From NCBI RefSeq assembly GCF_000485595.1, contig NW_014577079.1, positions 180,826 to 244,825 of the forward strand: a stretch of 64,000 nucleotides of DNA, in the 5' to 3' direction. Source of the DNA: Priapulus caudatus. Its lineage: Eukaryota. Positions 1 to 11,307 of the stretch are shown piece by piece. Position numbers and translations under genes: made by a program. The notes beneath the pieces are model-generated. The model saw only the letters and a program-made list of their open reading frames with translations, made no database searches and was not told where the DNA came from. Positions within the stretch are counted from its first letter, which is position 1. Each line of letters starts with the position of its first letter.

Positions 1-600
1 CCCTATACTGTCTCTCCACCCTCGTCATACTCAACTACTATCACCTCAGTGCACCTCCCGTCACTCTCCCTACTGTCACCTCCTCATCATTTCCCACTAT
101 CACCTCCATACTGTCCTTCTCCTCAGTCATCCTCCTACTACACTCTCATTCTGTCACTCTCCTCGTCACTCTCCACTGTCACCCTCCTCATCTTCTCCCA
201 CTATCACCTCCTACTTGTCGCTCCTCATCATTCTCCCCACAGCCTCCACCCTCCATAAATGTCGCCTCCTCCTCGTCATTCTCCCACTATCACTCTCCTA
301 CTGTCACTCTCCTCGTCATTCTCCCACTATCACTCTCCTATACTGTCGCTCTCCTCGTCATTCTCCCACTATCACTCTCCTATACTGTCGCTCTCCTCGT
401 CATTCTCCCACTATCACTCTCCTACTGTCGCTCTCCTCGTCATTCTCCCACTATCACTCTCCTACTGTCGCTCTCCTCGTCATTCTCCCACTATCACTCT
501 CCTACTGTCACTCTCCTCTTGTCACTAACTCTATCACTCTCCCACTGTTACTCTCTGTCACTGTCAGTCTCTCCATGTCACCCCAACTGTCACTCTTCCT
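1..600. repeat. CT-rich minisatellite, ~40-bp unit (ctctcctcgtcattctcccactatcactctcctactgtcg)
   Basis: Unit recurs at 40-bp spacing (391, 431, 471), degenerating at both ends; explains the repetitive ORFs at 49-607. Confidence 0.9.
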
Positions 601-1706
601 CTGTTAGTCAGCCTACACCGCGGCCTTAAAGCATCATAAATGTTCTTTAGACACCAGTCACTATGATACAGATTTGCTGGGCGGGTCCAGGAATTACTAA
701 AGACAGGATAACCTCATGCCGAGTTATAATGGCAAATTCTGAGTAGCAAAATCAGTCCAAACCAGTAATTGTGGTTAACAATGTAAAATATATTTTCCAA
801 TGTATATAAAGATTACTTTCATAACATGATCATCAAAAGAACAATGATAATAATTGAAATTTTAATCTCATATATACCCGACTTTTCTTTTACATAATTT
901 TTATATATTTTGATTTTTCTTTTACTCCATAACGCATTTGTAAGCCCTGACGTCACTAATTTTCTTTGCATACTAACATTTCTTTGATTTCAACTAGATT
1001 AAAACGAGAGTCCCCAAGCACTTCTCACCCCCTTTCAACAAGAAGCTCGTTTTAACTTTGCGCACACTGACAAACACCTGCTCCCACCTCCTCGAATAAC
1101 AAAACTTCTAAAATGAAAATAAAATTATATAAAATACAAGTTTAAGCTGCTCTCACACTATAGTGCATATAGTGCAATCCATGATAAATGCTAGCTACTT
1201 ACTTACTAACCACTTACCACTTACTTATACTAGCCACTTACTTGGTGGGAAATTGTACTATTCTGCTAAAAAATATTTTAAATTGTATATAGTGAACAAT
1301 GAGCTGCAAAAATAGTGGACATGCTAAACGCCAATATAACCCTTTTCTGCATGGATATATGTGAATCAAACAAAAATATATATTTCATGCAAATATTCGG
1401 GAGAGTTTCATCCCTCATTGATGTAATTACATCACAAAACTAAAATTCTTTACTAGGTATTCTTTTGATTACAATGTGGGCATAAAACCTGGAGACTATC
1501 ATCAGAAGCATTATAAGCAGTTATGAAATCATGAGTCTAAAATGCCATAACTTTTGATGTGAAGTGCCACGCAAAGGTTATGACACACTATTGTTACGAT
1601 GTCATGAACACTTGTGACACTGACATTGACCCCCCTAGAAACACAAGGCACTTCAGTAGAAATTTCTTTGTAGATTGGCTGGTTACACCATGCAATATAC
1701 ACACGT

Positions 1707-1872
1707 TCATTGACACATCCTGGGTAAATCTAGATCCCACCACTTCACAGAGAAGGGCTTGCGCTTGGTGTTAGTGCCACAGTGCACTTCGCCACCTTGC
1801 AGATGGTACGTGTACCAGTCGTCCAGGAAGTAACAGGACAGGCCAAGTGGCTCCAAAGCTGAGCGAACATAC
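1707..1872 (-). CDS. PADI: PADI coding exon 16 (catalytic Cys, stop)
   Basis: [54 protein letters not shown]. Confidence 0.96.
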
Positions 1873-4800
1873 CTATGCCATGAGAAATCTGCAGTTAACA
1901 TGTGTATGCACACGTGACATCTTGAGTAACCCTTATAAACGGGTTCGATTGTACCTTTGAGGACTATTACTGTGCCGCTACTGCCGCTGCTACTGTTATT
2001 GGTGCTGTTGCTACTACCGCCGCATAAAGCATCGTAAAAAAATCACATGCATATAGTACATACCTCTCAAATGCACACTCGCCATCAATTACTGGGCCAA
2101 ACGGTTTAGGAATGGCAAGGTTCTTCCCCAACACCAACATGTTGACCATATCTGAGAAAAAAACAGAGAGAGTTTTTCATTAGCGCATCTATGTCTCTGC
2201 CTATGTATATATGTTTCACATCTATGTATCCTTTCTTCCTGGACTCTTCCCGTAATGGTTATGCCATCAGAAAAACAAAGCTAAATGACAAAATGTTCAG
2301 CTGCTAAAACAGAATTATAGCTACTTTACTGTATTCCCCGTTGTAGCTTTAGATTTACTCCACACCTGGAAAATAGCTGGTAGCCTGAGGTTCAATCGTC
2401 TCGTTCTTGGGATCCAACTCGTTGATGAAGATTTCGGGAATATCTACAATGTCCCCTTCCTCTAGTCCAAGTTCCCTCTTCAAAATGTCTCGGTTGAAGT
2501 CAATATATGCCTGCAGGAGAATTGTTTTACACTTGAAATAGCACTATTGGGAAGTTTACTGCCCTCCTCTCTACGTATATCTACCTTTCATAATATTTCA
2601 TAGACACTAAAATATTATTAGTGAGCTCAGGTAAGCTTTATTCTATCAGCTGGTACAATCAAACCTGCATTAGCCACAACAAAAGATACCATTCAGCATT
2701 TTCTGAGTGAGTAATCTTTATATACAGGTTTGACTGTACACATTTCCATCACAGATTCAGGAAATAAACCATTACAAGTACCTGGAACTTTTTATTTTCA
2801 GCACGCAGTGTCTGGTTGGCTAGCAACTCTGAGACTGTTTCCTGCTTCATTTGCTTGCTGCGGCGCGATGCCCTCTTACCTTTAATAATCATAACAGTAT
2901 TACACCACACACGACCAAAAGAGCTTTCACACTTATAAGCCACTGTTAAATTAACAGCACCTCAATGATACAGAGTAATGCAAATTACTTATAACATACG
3001 TATGGAATATGTGATGGTTACTGATATTAGAAAAGTTTTTGCCGAAAATATGTTTTTTTTGACAGATTTGCTATATAAATATGACAATGCATATATACAC
3101 GCACACACACACATATACATGCACACAAACGCACACAAACATCTGTCTTTATCTATCTACCTTCAAACATAACTACATCACCATGTCCATCAGTCTGAAG
3201 CTTCTCCAAAATACCATAGGCCTTATTTGGGGATGCCAAACACAGTCGGAATCCCTAAAATCACAAGGTATATCAAAGTATATATCAGAAGTAGATAATT
3301 TAGGGAATCCCTATTATCTAGGGGTTCACTATTATCTACTTCTGATATATATATATATATGTGTATATATATACATAAAGGCATAAACATATCAATACAG
3401 ATATACTATTGACATGTTCATGATAAAGATATATCAAGTAGTGACAAGTAAGCATATAAACAAGCAATGAAAATATGAAACAACAAATCATAATGATAAT
3501 GATAATAATAGTAATAATAATAATTGAAATAATTGATAATACTACAATTTTGAGTCTGGTGAGAGTTCACATTTTCCTGCCAAACTTATTATCTAACAAA
3601 ACTAAAACAACAACTTTTCATTACCTGTCGACTACCAGGTACAGGCACGAAGGTCATAAACTCATCAATATGGCCAACATTTAGCCAATCAGAAAACAGC
3701 TCAATGACTGGCTGAACTTTCTGTGCATACAGGAAACGATTGACAACTCTCATCATGCGACGGCCCTTTAAAGAACTGAAATATGTTCAATTAGAAACAG
3801 CTGCAGTTAGGTTATACGGCTTACACACGCCGATGTATGGTATTGTTTAAAGTGAGAGCTTTGAAATAGATATATATATATAGCTAAATACAGTCAATAA
3901 TATATTTTTTGTCAAATAACCATGTCTTATTTTTCCTATTTTTGTTTGACAAGGTCTTTTTACCTGGTTAAGGCATTGCCAATGAGGATGCGTCCAAGAG
4001 GAAAATCCTTTCCATTTAGTTTAACAGGAGGGCTGACCTCTAGGTTTCCAAATGAATCCAGAGAGTTTGCTTTGTGTCTGCTTGTGTTCCGTGTTGCGTA
4101 ACCAAAGTCTGGACCCTATGAAAGGAGGTTTAAATGTACAGTGAATTTATATTTACCAATAGAAATGCACATAATCACAGATTTAATTTATCATTCTATA
4201 TTCAACTTACAAAACGTCTCTAGCTAACTACACGAATATACTTGGTTGGCATTACTTTCAATAGATGTTTTGCGTATATTCACATATGAATATCAACCAG
4301 CACATTTTTATCATTTAACAACATGGCATTTTTTAGAAAACATGTTAACAAAATTGTTAACATCATTACCAGGCACTGCCTTTGAGAGAATTTGCAGAGA
4401 CCTCGTTCCCTTGGCGAGTCCAGAACGACTGCCATCGGTTGGCGCTGGGGGACCTCTGTGTAGCCAAGTTCAATCTCATCCTATAAAAGCATCCAGCAAA
4501 GTATAACATGGCACATTTCCTCAATTACTGTTCGTAAGATCACTATAGCAGATGATTATACTCGTGCATGCACACGTTACGATACATGCACATACACACA
4601 CACACACCTATGCACACATGCACGCCATGGTGAAGCAGGATAAGCATTACCTATTTCCTTCTTTAGTGTACCAACAAACCTATATTAGTTGCCACCCCTA
4701 TAGGATGGATATCTGTATATAAAGGGCATTGTTGGCATTTCCTTTGAGTGACCTTTATATATTTTTCCCTGTAAACCTATTCTCTCTTGCATAGCAGCTG

Positions 4801-7800
4801 GCTTCACTAACTAATTCCTCAGTAAAATTCTAAACACCAACTTATAAGGGTGTTACAAGAAACAATTTATTTGTTGGATGAGTAGCGTTTGTCACATTTA
4901 ATTTTAGTTTGTTTATTACTGATGTGTACCTGCATCCACCGGTCTCCTCGGTTGCCATCCAAACCACAGACGACCAGTTGAATGCCGGACAAACCCTCCA
5001 CAAAGCCCCTCAACTTCTCAACAAAGCTGAGAGAATTTAAATATGCGTACACAAATTAGTGGAAGCACTATAACTGAACATTAACATTAATTACATGCAC
5101 ATGTAAGAACAGTAATAACACAACAATCAATTCATCATCACTATGATTTGCTTATTAGCTGATGTATCACAATACCAGCCATTTATACCAACATGGTACA
5201 TAACAACTATATCGCAACGTATATGAATGTGATCTTTACTTACTGTTTGTTATCCCGTGTATCACAAACATAAACAATTTCAGCTTCAAGAGTGTTTGGT
5301 GTCATAATCCATGGTGCAACACGGAACTGTACCATATCCTCATAAATGGGTACATCATCCTGTAAAATAAATAAATACAGCTGCAGAACTGTGAATTTTT
5401 AGCTAATATATCTATGTTTAGATAATATATTGTATAATTATTTACGTTGCAAGAGACATATTCTTGAAAACAAATCTTTGATAAAGCTTTTTTTTAATCA
5501 CTCCTGGTGATGAGTCATTTTTGTAAAGAATGAAAGTGTCAATGACACTGTAGCTCACCACAAAAAAGGACACAAATGAGTGAGTAAGAAGAAGTCAGTT
5601 TTAATTGAGCAACCATCGACGTACATTATAGAAACGATTGCCATCTGTATATCGCAATAATAATTTATAAACCAAAATGAATCACAATTTGTGACCGTAG
5701 ATGGCGCTATACCCGCTTTGTAGCGATGGCGCTTGAAATAAATAGGTTATGCTGGGTTCGACATGTTTTGTAAATCTTTACTCTAATATAGACGTTTTAT
5801 CGGCAGAGTGGACAGGAAATACCAATTTTGCATTAAAGATATTGTCAATGAAATCTTGTAAAACGAACCAGACGAGTGTGACACCACAGACTGTTTGTGT
5901 TTATATAATATGCTATATAATTGCCAAACCCTGCCTAATTTGCATAATTTTTTTTTAAATATCAAAACCCCTAGCCATTATTCATTCACATACCAAAAAT
6001 GAGCAAAATCCGTTGAACCTGAACTGACTAATGGCAATTCCCATTTTTGCCAAAAAATTGCCTTGGCTCGAAAGTACGTCGACTGGCGTGCTTCAAAATA
6101 GGACGTTCCATATGGGAGCATAGCAGTAACAACTAAACCCAATTTCAAACATGTGGGTCAAACGGTTCCTGAGTTATCGTTGACCGAAACCAAATGTTGA
6201 CGAACGGACGGACGAACGGACGGACGGACGGACGTACGACGGACGACGACCCATGGTAATAGCTCAACTTGACGATGTCAAGGTGAGCTAAAAATTAAGA
6301 TGCATGCATGAGATGCTTAGATTTAGTAGGATATATATATGGTTATACTGTACTAGGTTAAATTGAACCAAAGCAAGCAGAGTGAAGTTTGTACAGCTTT
6401 CCCTGGCCAATAAATCATAACAAATTGCATGTTAACACAATTCCTTTTTAATATTGTGTTAATTAGTAGTGTAACGTTATATTTATGTTAGTTATGTTTT
6501 ATTAGTGTAACAAGCCTTTGTTATAGCATACATGGCCACCCGTAGCTATAAATGACAAACCTTGAACAAGGCTAGATGAATATGCAGGAATCCTTCAAAA
6601 TAGCGATCAGGAAAACTCAAGCCTTCAACAGCAAACTCTACTTCGCCACCCATTCCTGGATAAAGTACTTCTGCGGCTCTCTGTCTCGGACCAATAACAT
6701 GCTTGTTCTTCATCATTGCTGAAATATTACAAGATTTATTATTATAGATTTAGTAAGGTAATTGTGCTTCCATAAATACAGATTTAAAATGTTTTAGCTG
6801 CTTTTGAACAAAACACACTTTTGAAACAATATAGTGCTGTCGTCACAAATTCTCCCACCTTCTGTATCCGCAGTGAGGTAAAACACTCCCACATAGTCTG
6901 CAAACTTGTCATCCACATACAGCTGCATGCTGTATCCTTCAGGTAGCTGTTCAGGTCCATCTGTGTTAACATAAATAAGTTAAATAACTACCCAACTGCT
7001 ACACCATGCAGTGCCATACACTGTAGTGTTTCACACCTACATATGCTTACTAGGAGAACAAAGGCAGGAAGCTGTGCAGCCATCCCACGCACACGTGAAC
7101 TTCTTGCACAGATGGATGACAAAAACACACACATAACTTGAGAGAATTACATATGAATGCAAGAGGAAATATCTATCCAGCACCTCAGTACTATCCATCA
7201 TGCATGCACGTACTAGACTCTCATTGCACTTAGCAATTACTCTTTTCGACAATAGTTAATGTGCCATGTGTTGTACATACACAGGAATTCACTAAAAAAC
7301 TGCCCTAGTAGTGCATTTATATAGACACACACACATATCATATACGCACACACACACACCCACACACACACAAAAGCGTGTGCACACTCACACGCACCAC
7401 ACACACATATGTATGTTTATATATCTGAGCAAACCTGTGCGCAGCATCATTCGGCCCATGTCTAGCAGGTCGAGAGGTCCGTTCACTAACTCGTCATCTG
7501 TGTCCCGCATTTCAGTCTCATTTGCTGTTTCGCAGTCACTATTCACCAGCAACACAGCGCCATATCCATCCCGTCCCCACTTCCACGAGTTCTGCAAGGA
7601 TGGTTTCCAATGAAAAGTATTATCGGAAACATCGTGCTCATACAACTAAATCGGGAAATTCTGTATTGATAAATAAAGAACAGCATATATTCATTGTCTA
7701 TATACGCATTGCATATATCTGTGCAAGTTGTGAAGTAACCAAAAAGATAACTTAAATGATAGAAATTGATAGTGTTACACATGCTTCATATATATGTTAC

Positions 7801-8855
7801 TTCCTTTTATATGAAGTATTTAGAACAAAATGAAAAACACAACTACCTGGGGCCCGTTGTCAGAAACAAAATTAGTCTTAACATTAGTCTTAACATTAAC
7901 TTTTTCTCTTAGACCGTTGACAGAAACGCTGCGGAGTTACGAGAATGAAAAATCGTAGCAGATTTCCTCATAACAATACGAAATAAAGTGATGTCGACGG
8001 TCTAGGAGAAATTGTTAATGTTAAGACTAATGTTAAGACTAATTCTGTTTCTGGCAACAGGCCCCAGGTTTTTATTTTATTTTCATTCTTCAATGAATAA
8101 TGCAGCTATCTGACTACAGCAGATAAAAATACAGAGTCAGACCTTGTGTGGACTGTTTTTCTCTACGATTCCATCTCTATCGGCATCTACATCCAGTGAA
8201 ATGTCTACACATGTGAGATGAAGATCAGCCTTCCCCAGATCTTCACCATCCACATTATAGAACAAAAATTCGACCTGTTCAAAACAATAACTACTTGTAT
8301 AATTTTTTCATTCTATTTTTTTATACAACTGCAGTTTTGCCAATCCACATGACAGCATTTAACCTCGTTGAGTCACACATAAAGCTTCTTGAGCAGCTAT
8401 TTCAATATGAATATGGACGTGTTATAAACTAATCCGGCCTAAATTAAGTTACATTTAGTAACCTGGCGACTCTCTATTCCCCGACATCCAATGAATTGTA
8501 CAGCTGGAAGCAGGAGATGTCAGCAAACGATTACGCACGCCTATGTTATTACGCTGTGACTCATATAGGCGTGGGTACTGGATCTGCCTTTTTCGCATGT
8601 TCACAATGTGCTTTGAGCCTACCATGCATTACGTGATCGCAATCAATCTACCGTATGTCGTTGCCTACCCGTTTGTCATTCTCCTGCCGGCTGACGGTGG
8701 CGACGTGCACGTACGCGACTACGACGGGCGCCACGTCCTCCTCGCTCCCATAGCCGCTAACGGACTCCTCACGGAACTTCACCGTGATGTCACCGTCTAG
8801 GTCACTCACGAGACCGTACCTCACCGCTCCTTCTGGCGCAACGCTGCAAGGAATT

Positions 8856-8896
<41 letters not shown>

Positions 8897-10039
8897 GGCT
8901 TTCCTGCTCTCTCCTTGATGTCAAAACTTTGCTGCTATCCATCATAATTTCTTAAGCCCATGTAGTACATATAGTACCAGACATGGTATCATCAGGAGTA
9001 AGATAATATAGATCCTATATTATCTTACTCCTGGTATCATGGTATCAGACGTCTAGTGAATCTGAATTTGAATCGGGTCTGAAATCTGAATCAGAAACTG
9101 GTTATAAAAACACACTTTTTTACAGGTTTAATATCAAAATCAATATCTTTGGATACCAGGTGACTCTTTAAAAACTTCTTAGTTTATAAATACCGAGTTT
9201 TACGTAGAGAATCTAGAGATTCTTGAATAATGATAAATAGGATAATTTACATACTCTTCATCTACACAGGTGCAGTGACTCTACATATATATGGGTTTCA
9301 ATAGCACATTTTCAGTATATATATATACGTGTGAGTGCTGCTGTACCACACCTATGTTTAAATTGTGCAGACCCTAAGTGTACCACTAGTGCACAGCAAT
9401 AAAATCCTTTGCCCAAATCATTAACAGTTATACAGCTCCCTATACACCCACACCAGGAGTAAATAAATCATAAACCACCCAGGCACACCCATGCAAACAT
9501 GGCCTGCAATTCATGAACGTTATAATTGAACAATGTATGAATATAATTTTAAATGTAGCCCACTCAAATGAAATCCCCTCGAGTTAGGGGTATGGCTTGT
9601 ATAGGTGCAATGAGCAGGAACTGCATTCATGACTAACTCTACACACTATACATAAACTTACATTAGCTAAGAGAAGAAAATTCAACTCTCAGTTTGTATT
9701 GCTTCAAAAAATATCAGTACGGGCACAATAAACATTCAGACAACATGCCACTTTGAGCAATAATTCTAAAATGAAAAATTTGTGAAAATATTTGTTCATT
9801 CAATAATTTCATAATCCTTGCAAAAGAAGCTGCAGTTAGGCCAGAGCTAACTTCAGCGATGCATACAGATTTAGGTAAATACACAATTAAAATACTTACC
9901 TCGAGATTCTTACACAGATTTCAGTTTTTACTATGACAACTGCAGATGCGACATCATTTAATATCAAATTGATTGTACGAACTCCTTCATTTCTACTGGC
10001 TCCAGGCCCTCTCTCAGATAAATAAGATGTTCCTTCCAT
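1707..10039 (-). CDS. PADI: Protein-arginine deiminase (PAD/PADI family, PADI2-like), 16 coding exons, ~693 aa
   Basis: Exons in transcript order: 10039-9900, 8843-8669, 8274-8143, 7591-7435, 6960-6859, 6718-6561, 5359-5244, 5026-4930, 4480-4370, 4115-3964, 3775-3625, 3254-3161, 2879-2782, 2510-2366, 2151-2064, 1872-1707. All introns GT-AG, phases compatible, total 2082 nt ending in TGA. Motifs: [118 protein letters not shown]. Confidence 0.96.
2064..2151 (-). CDS. PADI: PADI coding exon 15
   Basis: [28 protein letters not shown]. Confidence 0.95.
2366..2510 (-). CDS. PADI: PADI coding exon 14
   Basis: [48 protein letters not shown]. Confidence 0.94.
2782..2879 (-). CDS. PADI: PADI coding exon 13
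   Basis: [32 protein letters not shown]; aag acceptor, so 5' boundary less certain. Confidence 0.85.
3161..3254 (-). CDS. PADI: PADI coding exon 12
   Basis: [31 protein letters not shown]. Confidence 0.93.
3286..3344. mobile_element. Palindromic micro-MITE (CAGAAGTA...TACTTCTG)
   Basis: Inverted ends cagaagtagataat / attatctacttctg in a TA-rich context; same end type as 8993, 29664, 50681, 54737. Confidence 0.6.
3625..3775 (-). CDS. PADI: PADI coding exon 11 (catalytic His/Asp)
   Basis: [50 protein letters not shown]. Confidence 0.95.
3964..4115 (-). CDS. PADI: PADI coding exon 10
   Basis: [50 protein letters not shown]. Confidence 0.95.
4370..4480 (-). CDS. PADI: PADI coding exon 9 (catalytic Asp)
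   Basis: [37 protein letters not shown]. Confidence 0.93.
4930..5026 (-). CDS. PADI: PADI coding exon 8
   Basis: [32 protein letters not shown]. Confidence 0.92.
5244..5359 (-). CDS. PADI: PADI coding exon 7
   Basis: [38 protein letters not shown]. Confidence 0.93.
5533..6294 (-). mobile_element. HINE/DINE-1-like non-autonomous Helentron, family A
   Basis: On the minus strand starts TTTTTAGCTCACCTTGAC, has a (GTCC)n microsatellite and ends GTGAGCTA + hairpin AGTGTCATTGACACT; homologous to 25069-26348. Confidence 0.75.
6561..6718 (-). CDS. PADI: PADI coding exon 6
   Basis: [52 protein letters not shown]. Confidence 0.92.
6859..6960 (-). CDS. PADI: PADI coding exon 5
   Basis: [33 protein letters not shown]; phase 1/1. 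Confidence 0.88.
7435..7591 (-). CDS. PADI: PADI coding exon 4
   Basis: [52 protein letters not shown]; an alternative in-frame acceptor exists at 7645. Confidence 0.9.
7846..8068. mobile_element. MITE with long terminal inverted repeats (possibly PIF/Harbinger-derived)
   Basis: cctggggcccgttgtcagaaacaaaattagtcttaacattagtcttaacattaac ... gttaatgttaagactaatgttaagactaattctgtttctggcaacaggccccagg. Confidence 0.8.
8143..8274 (-). CDS. PADI: PADI coding exon 3
   Basis: [44 protein letters not shown]. Confidence 0.92.
8669..8843 (-). CDS. PADI: PADI coding exon 2
   Basis: [17 protein letters not shown]...SRQENDKR; ttgcag acceptor, gtaggc donor, phases fit neighbours. Confidence 0.85.
8993..9033. 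mobile_element. 41-bp palindromic micro-MITE with 7-bp TSD
   Basis: caggagtaagataatata-gatcc-tatattatcttactcctg flanked on both sides by gtatcat. Confidence 0.75.
9900..10039 (-). CDS. PADI: PADI coding exon 1 (putative ATG)
   Basis: [46 protein letters not shown]; donor AG|gtaagt; an acceptor at 10055 implies an upstream exon, so the start codon is not certain. Confidence 0.75.
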
Positions 10040-10399
10040 TGGTGAAAGAGTAACCCTACATGACAAAGGTAGAGAAGAACATTAAAATGACAATAAACCA
10101 ACTAAGCAGGGTATTAGTTAGTAATTGGCTATATCTTACCCTTTTCTCTATCTTCTGCCTGTGATATATGCCTATGGTATAGAAGGCAGAGCAGACCCAG
10201 GCATGCAAGAAAGGAGAAGAATACAAGAAGAAGAGCAGAATATATAAGAGGTGAATAACTAGAGGGGAGAAGGTAGAAAAGGTCAGGAATTGTGAGAAGG
10301 TAGAGGGTGCAAAAACTAATAACAATAAAATCTTTGATCAACGGGCATTGGGGTCTTTGGGATATGGATAAATAGCGACCTGAACCCCACTCTACAGTG

Positions 10400-10930
10400 T
10401 ACCAGAGCAGCGAACAAAGCGATGGGAGTACTGAGATCGATCAAGAAAACATTCAAGTAGGTACGTAGATAAAAGGTGTTTCCTTATCTTGTACAAGACG
10501 TTCATCAGACCCCACCTAGAGTACTGTGTGCAAGCCTGGTCACCCTACTATAAGAAAGATATGGACCCGTTAGAAAAAGTGCATAGGAGGGCAACCAAGC
10601 TAGTCCACTCTATACGTAATCTGGAATACGAGAGGAGACTGGAAATCCTAGGTCTATATTCACTGAAACAGAGGAGAGTGAGGGGAGACCTGATCGAAAC
10701 TTACAAAATTTTAACAGACAAAGAAAACATTAATTAATAGCAACCAATTTTTCACACCGGCAACCGGAACCACCAGGGGTAATCCCCTGAAACTATTCAA
10801 AAATAGATCCAGGCTGCAATTGCGACAGCACTTCTTCAGCCAAAGAGTGGTGAATGCATGGAGCGCACTGCCAACATTTGTTGTCGAGGCCAAAAGACGG
10901 TCAACTGCTTTAAAAACAAACTAGACAAGT
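10400..10930 (+). mobile_element. CR1-group LINE ORF2 3' fragment (decayed)
   Basis: YKTFIRPHLEYCVQAWSPYYKKD..LEKVHRRATKLV...RRVRGDLIETYKI and downstream FFSQRVVNAW, typical LINE RT C-terminal region; frameshifts and stops. Confidence 0.85.
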
Positions 10931-10934
10931 TCAA

Positions 10935-11205
10935 TGGTCCAAAAACTGGCAAATGTCTTTCAATCCAAAAATGTGCACCAGCCTCACAATATCAAGGAAA
11001 CAAACCCAAATAAACCAGACCTATACCATCATGGGAACCAAGCTCAAAAAGGAGGAACATCAACTCTACCTCGGCGTGGAGCTCAGTGATGACCTCTCTT
11101 GGTCTACCAACATCAGCCGGTCGAAAGGAAAAGCAACCCGGGCCCTAAATTTCATCAGCAGAAACCTTGTAGGATGCCCAGAACCTGTCAAAGAGATGGC
11201 ATACA
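10935..11205 (+). mobile_element. Second LINE RT fragment
   Basis: WQMSFNPKMC...LYLGVELSDDLSW...KATRALNFISRNL..CPEPVKEMAYK, similar to the region after YLGV in the LINE at 26895-28541. Confidence 0.75.
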
Positions 11206-11307
11206 AAGCAGGCCCGTAGCCAGGGGGTTCAGGGGGTTCGCACAACCCCCCCCCAAGCAAATAAAAAAAGAAAGAATTTCACCTCAGGTATGCACTTATT
11301 TTAATGT

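Noticed and set aside
49..607. Overlapping repetitive ORFs
   Set aside because: Products of a 40-bp minisatellite.
7592..7645. Longer PADI exon 4 starting at 7645 as in the ORF track
   Set aside because: It would insert 18 residues between VEKNSPHK and SWKWG, which are adjacent in known PADIs; the 7591 acceptor is preferred, though an alternative acceptor is not excluded.
1707..10039. PADI as bacterial or symbiont contamination
   Set aside because: Fifteen spliceosomal introns containing host repeats, and contiguity with EFCAB7.
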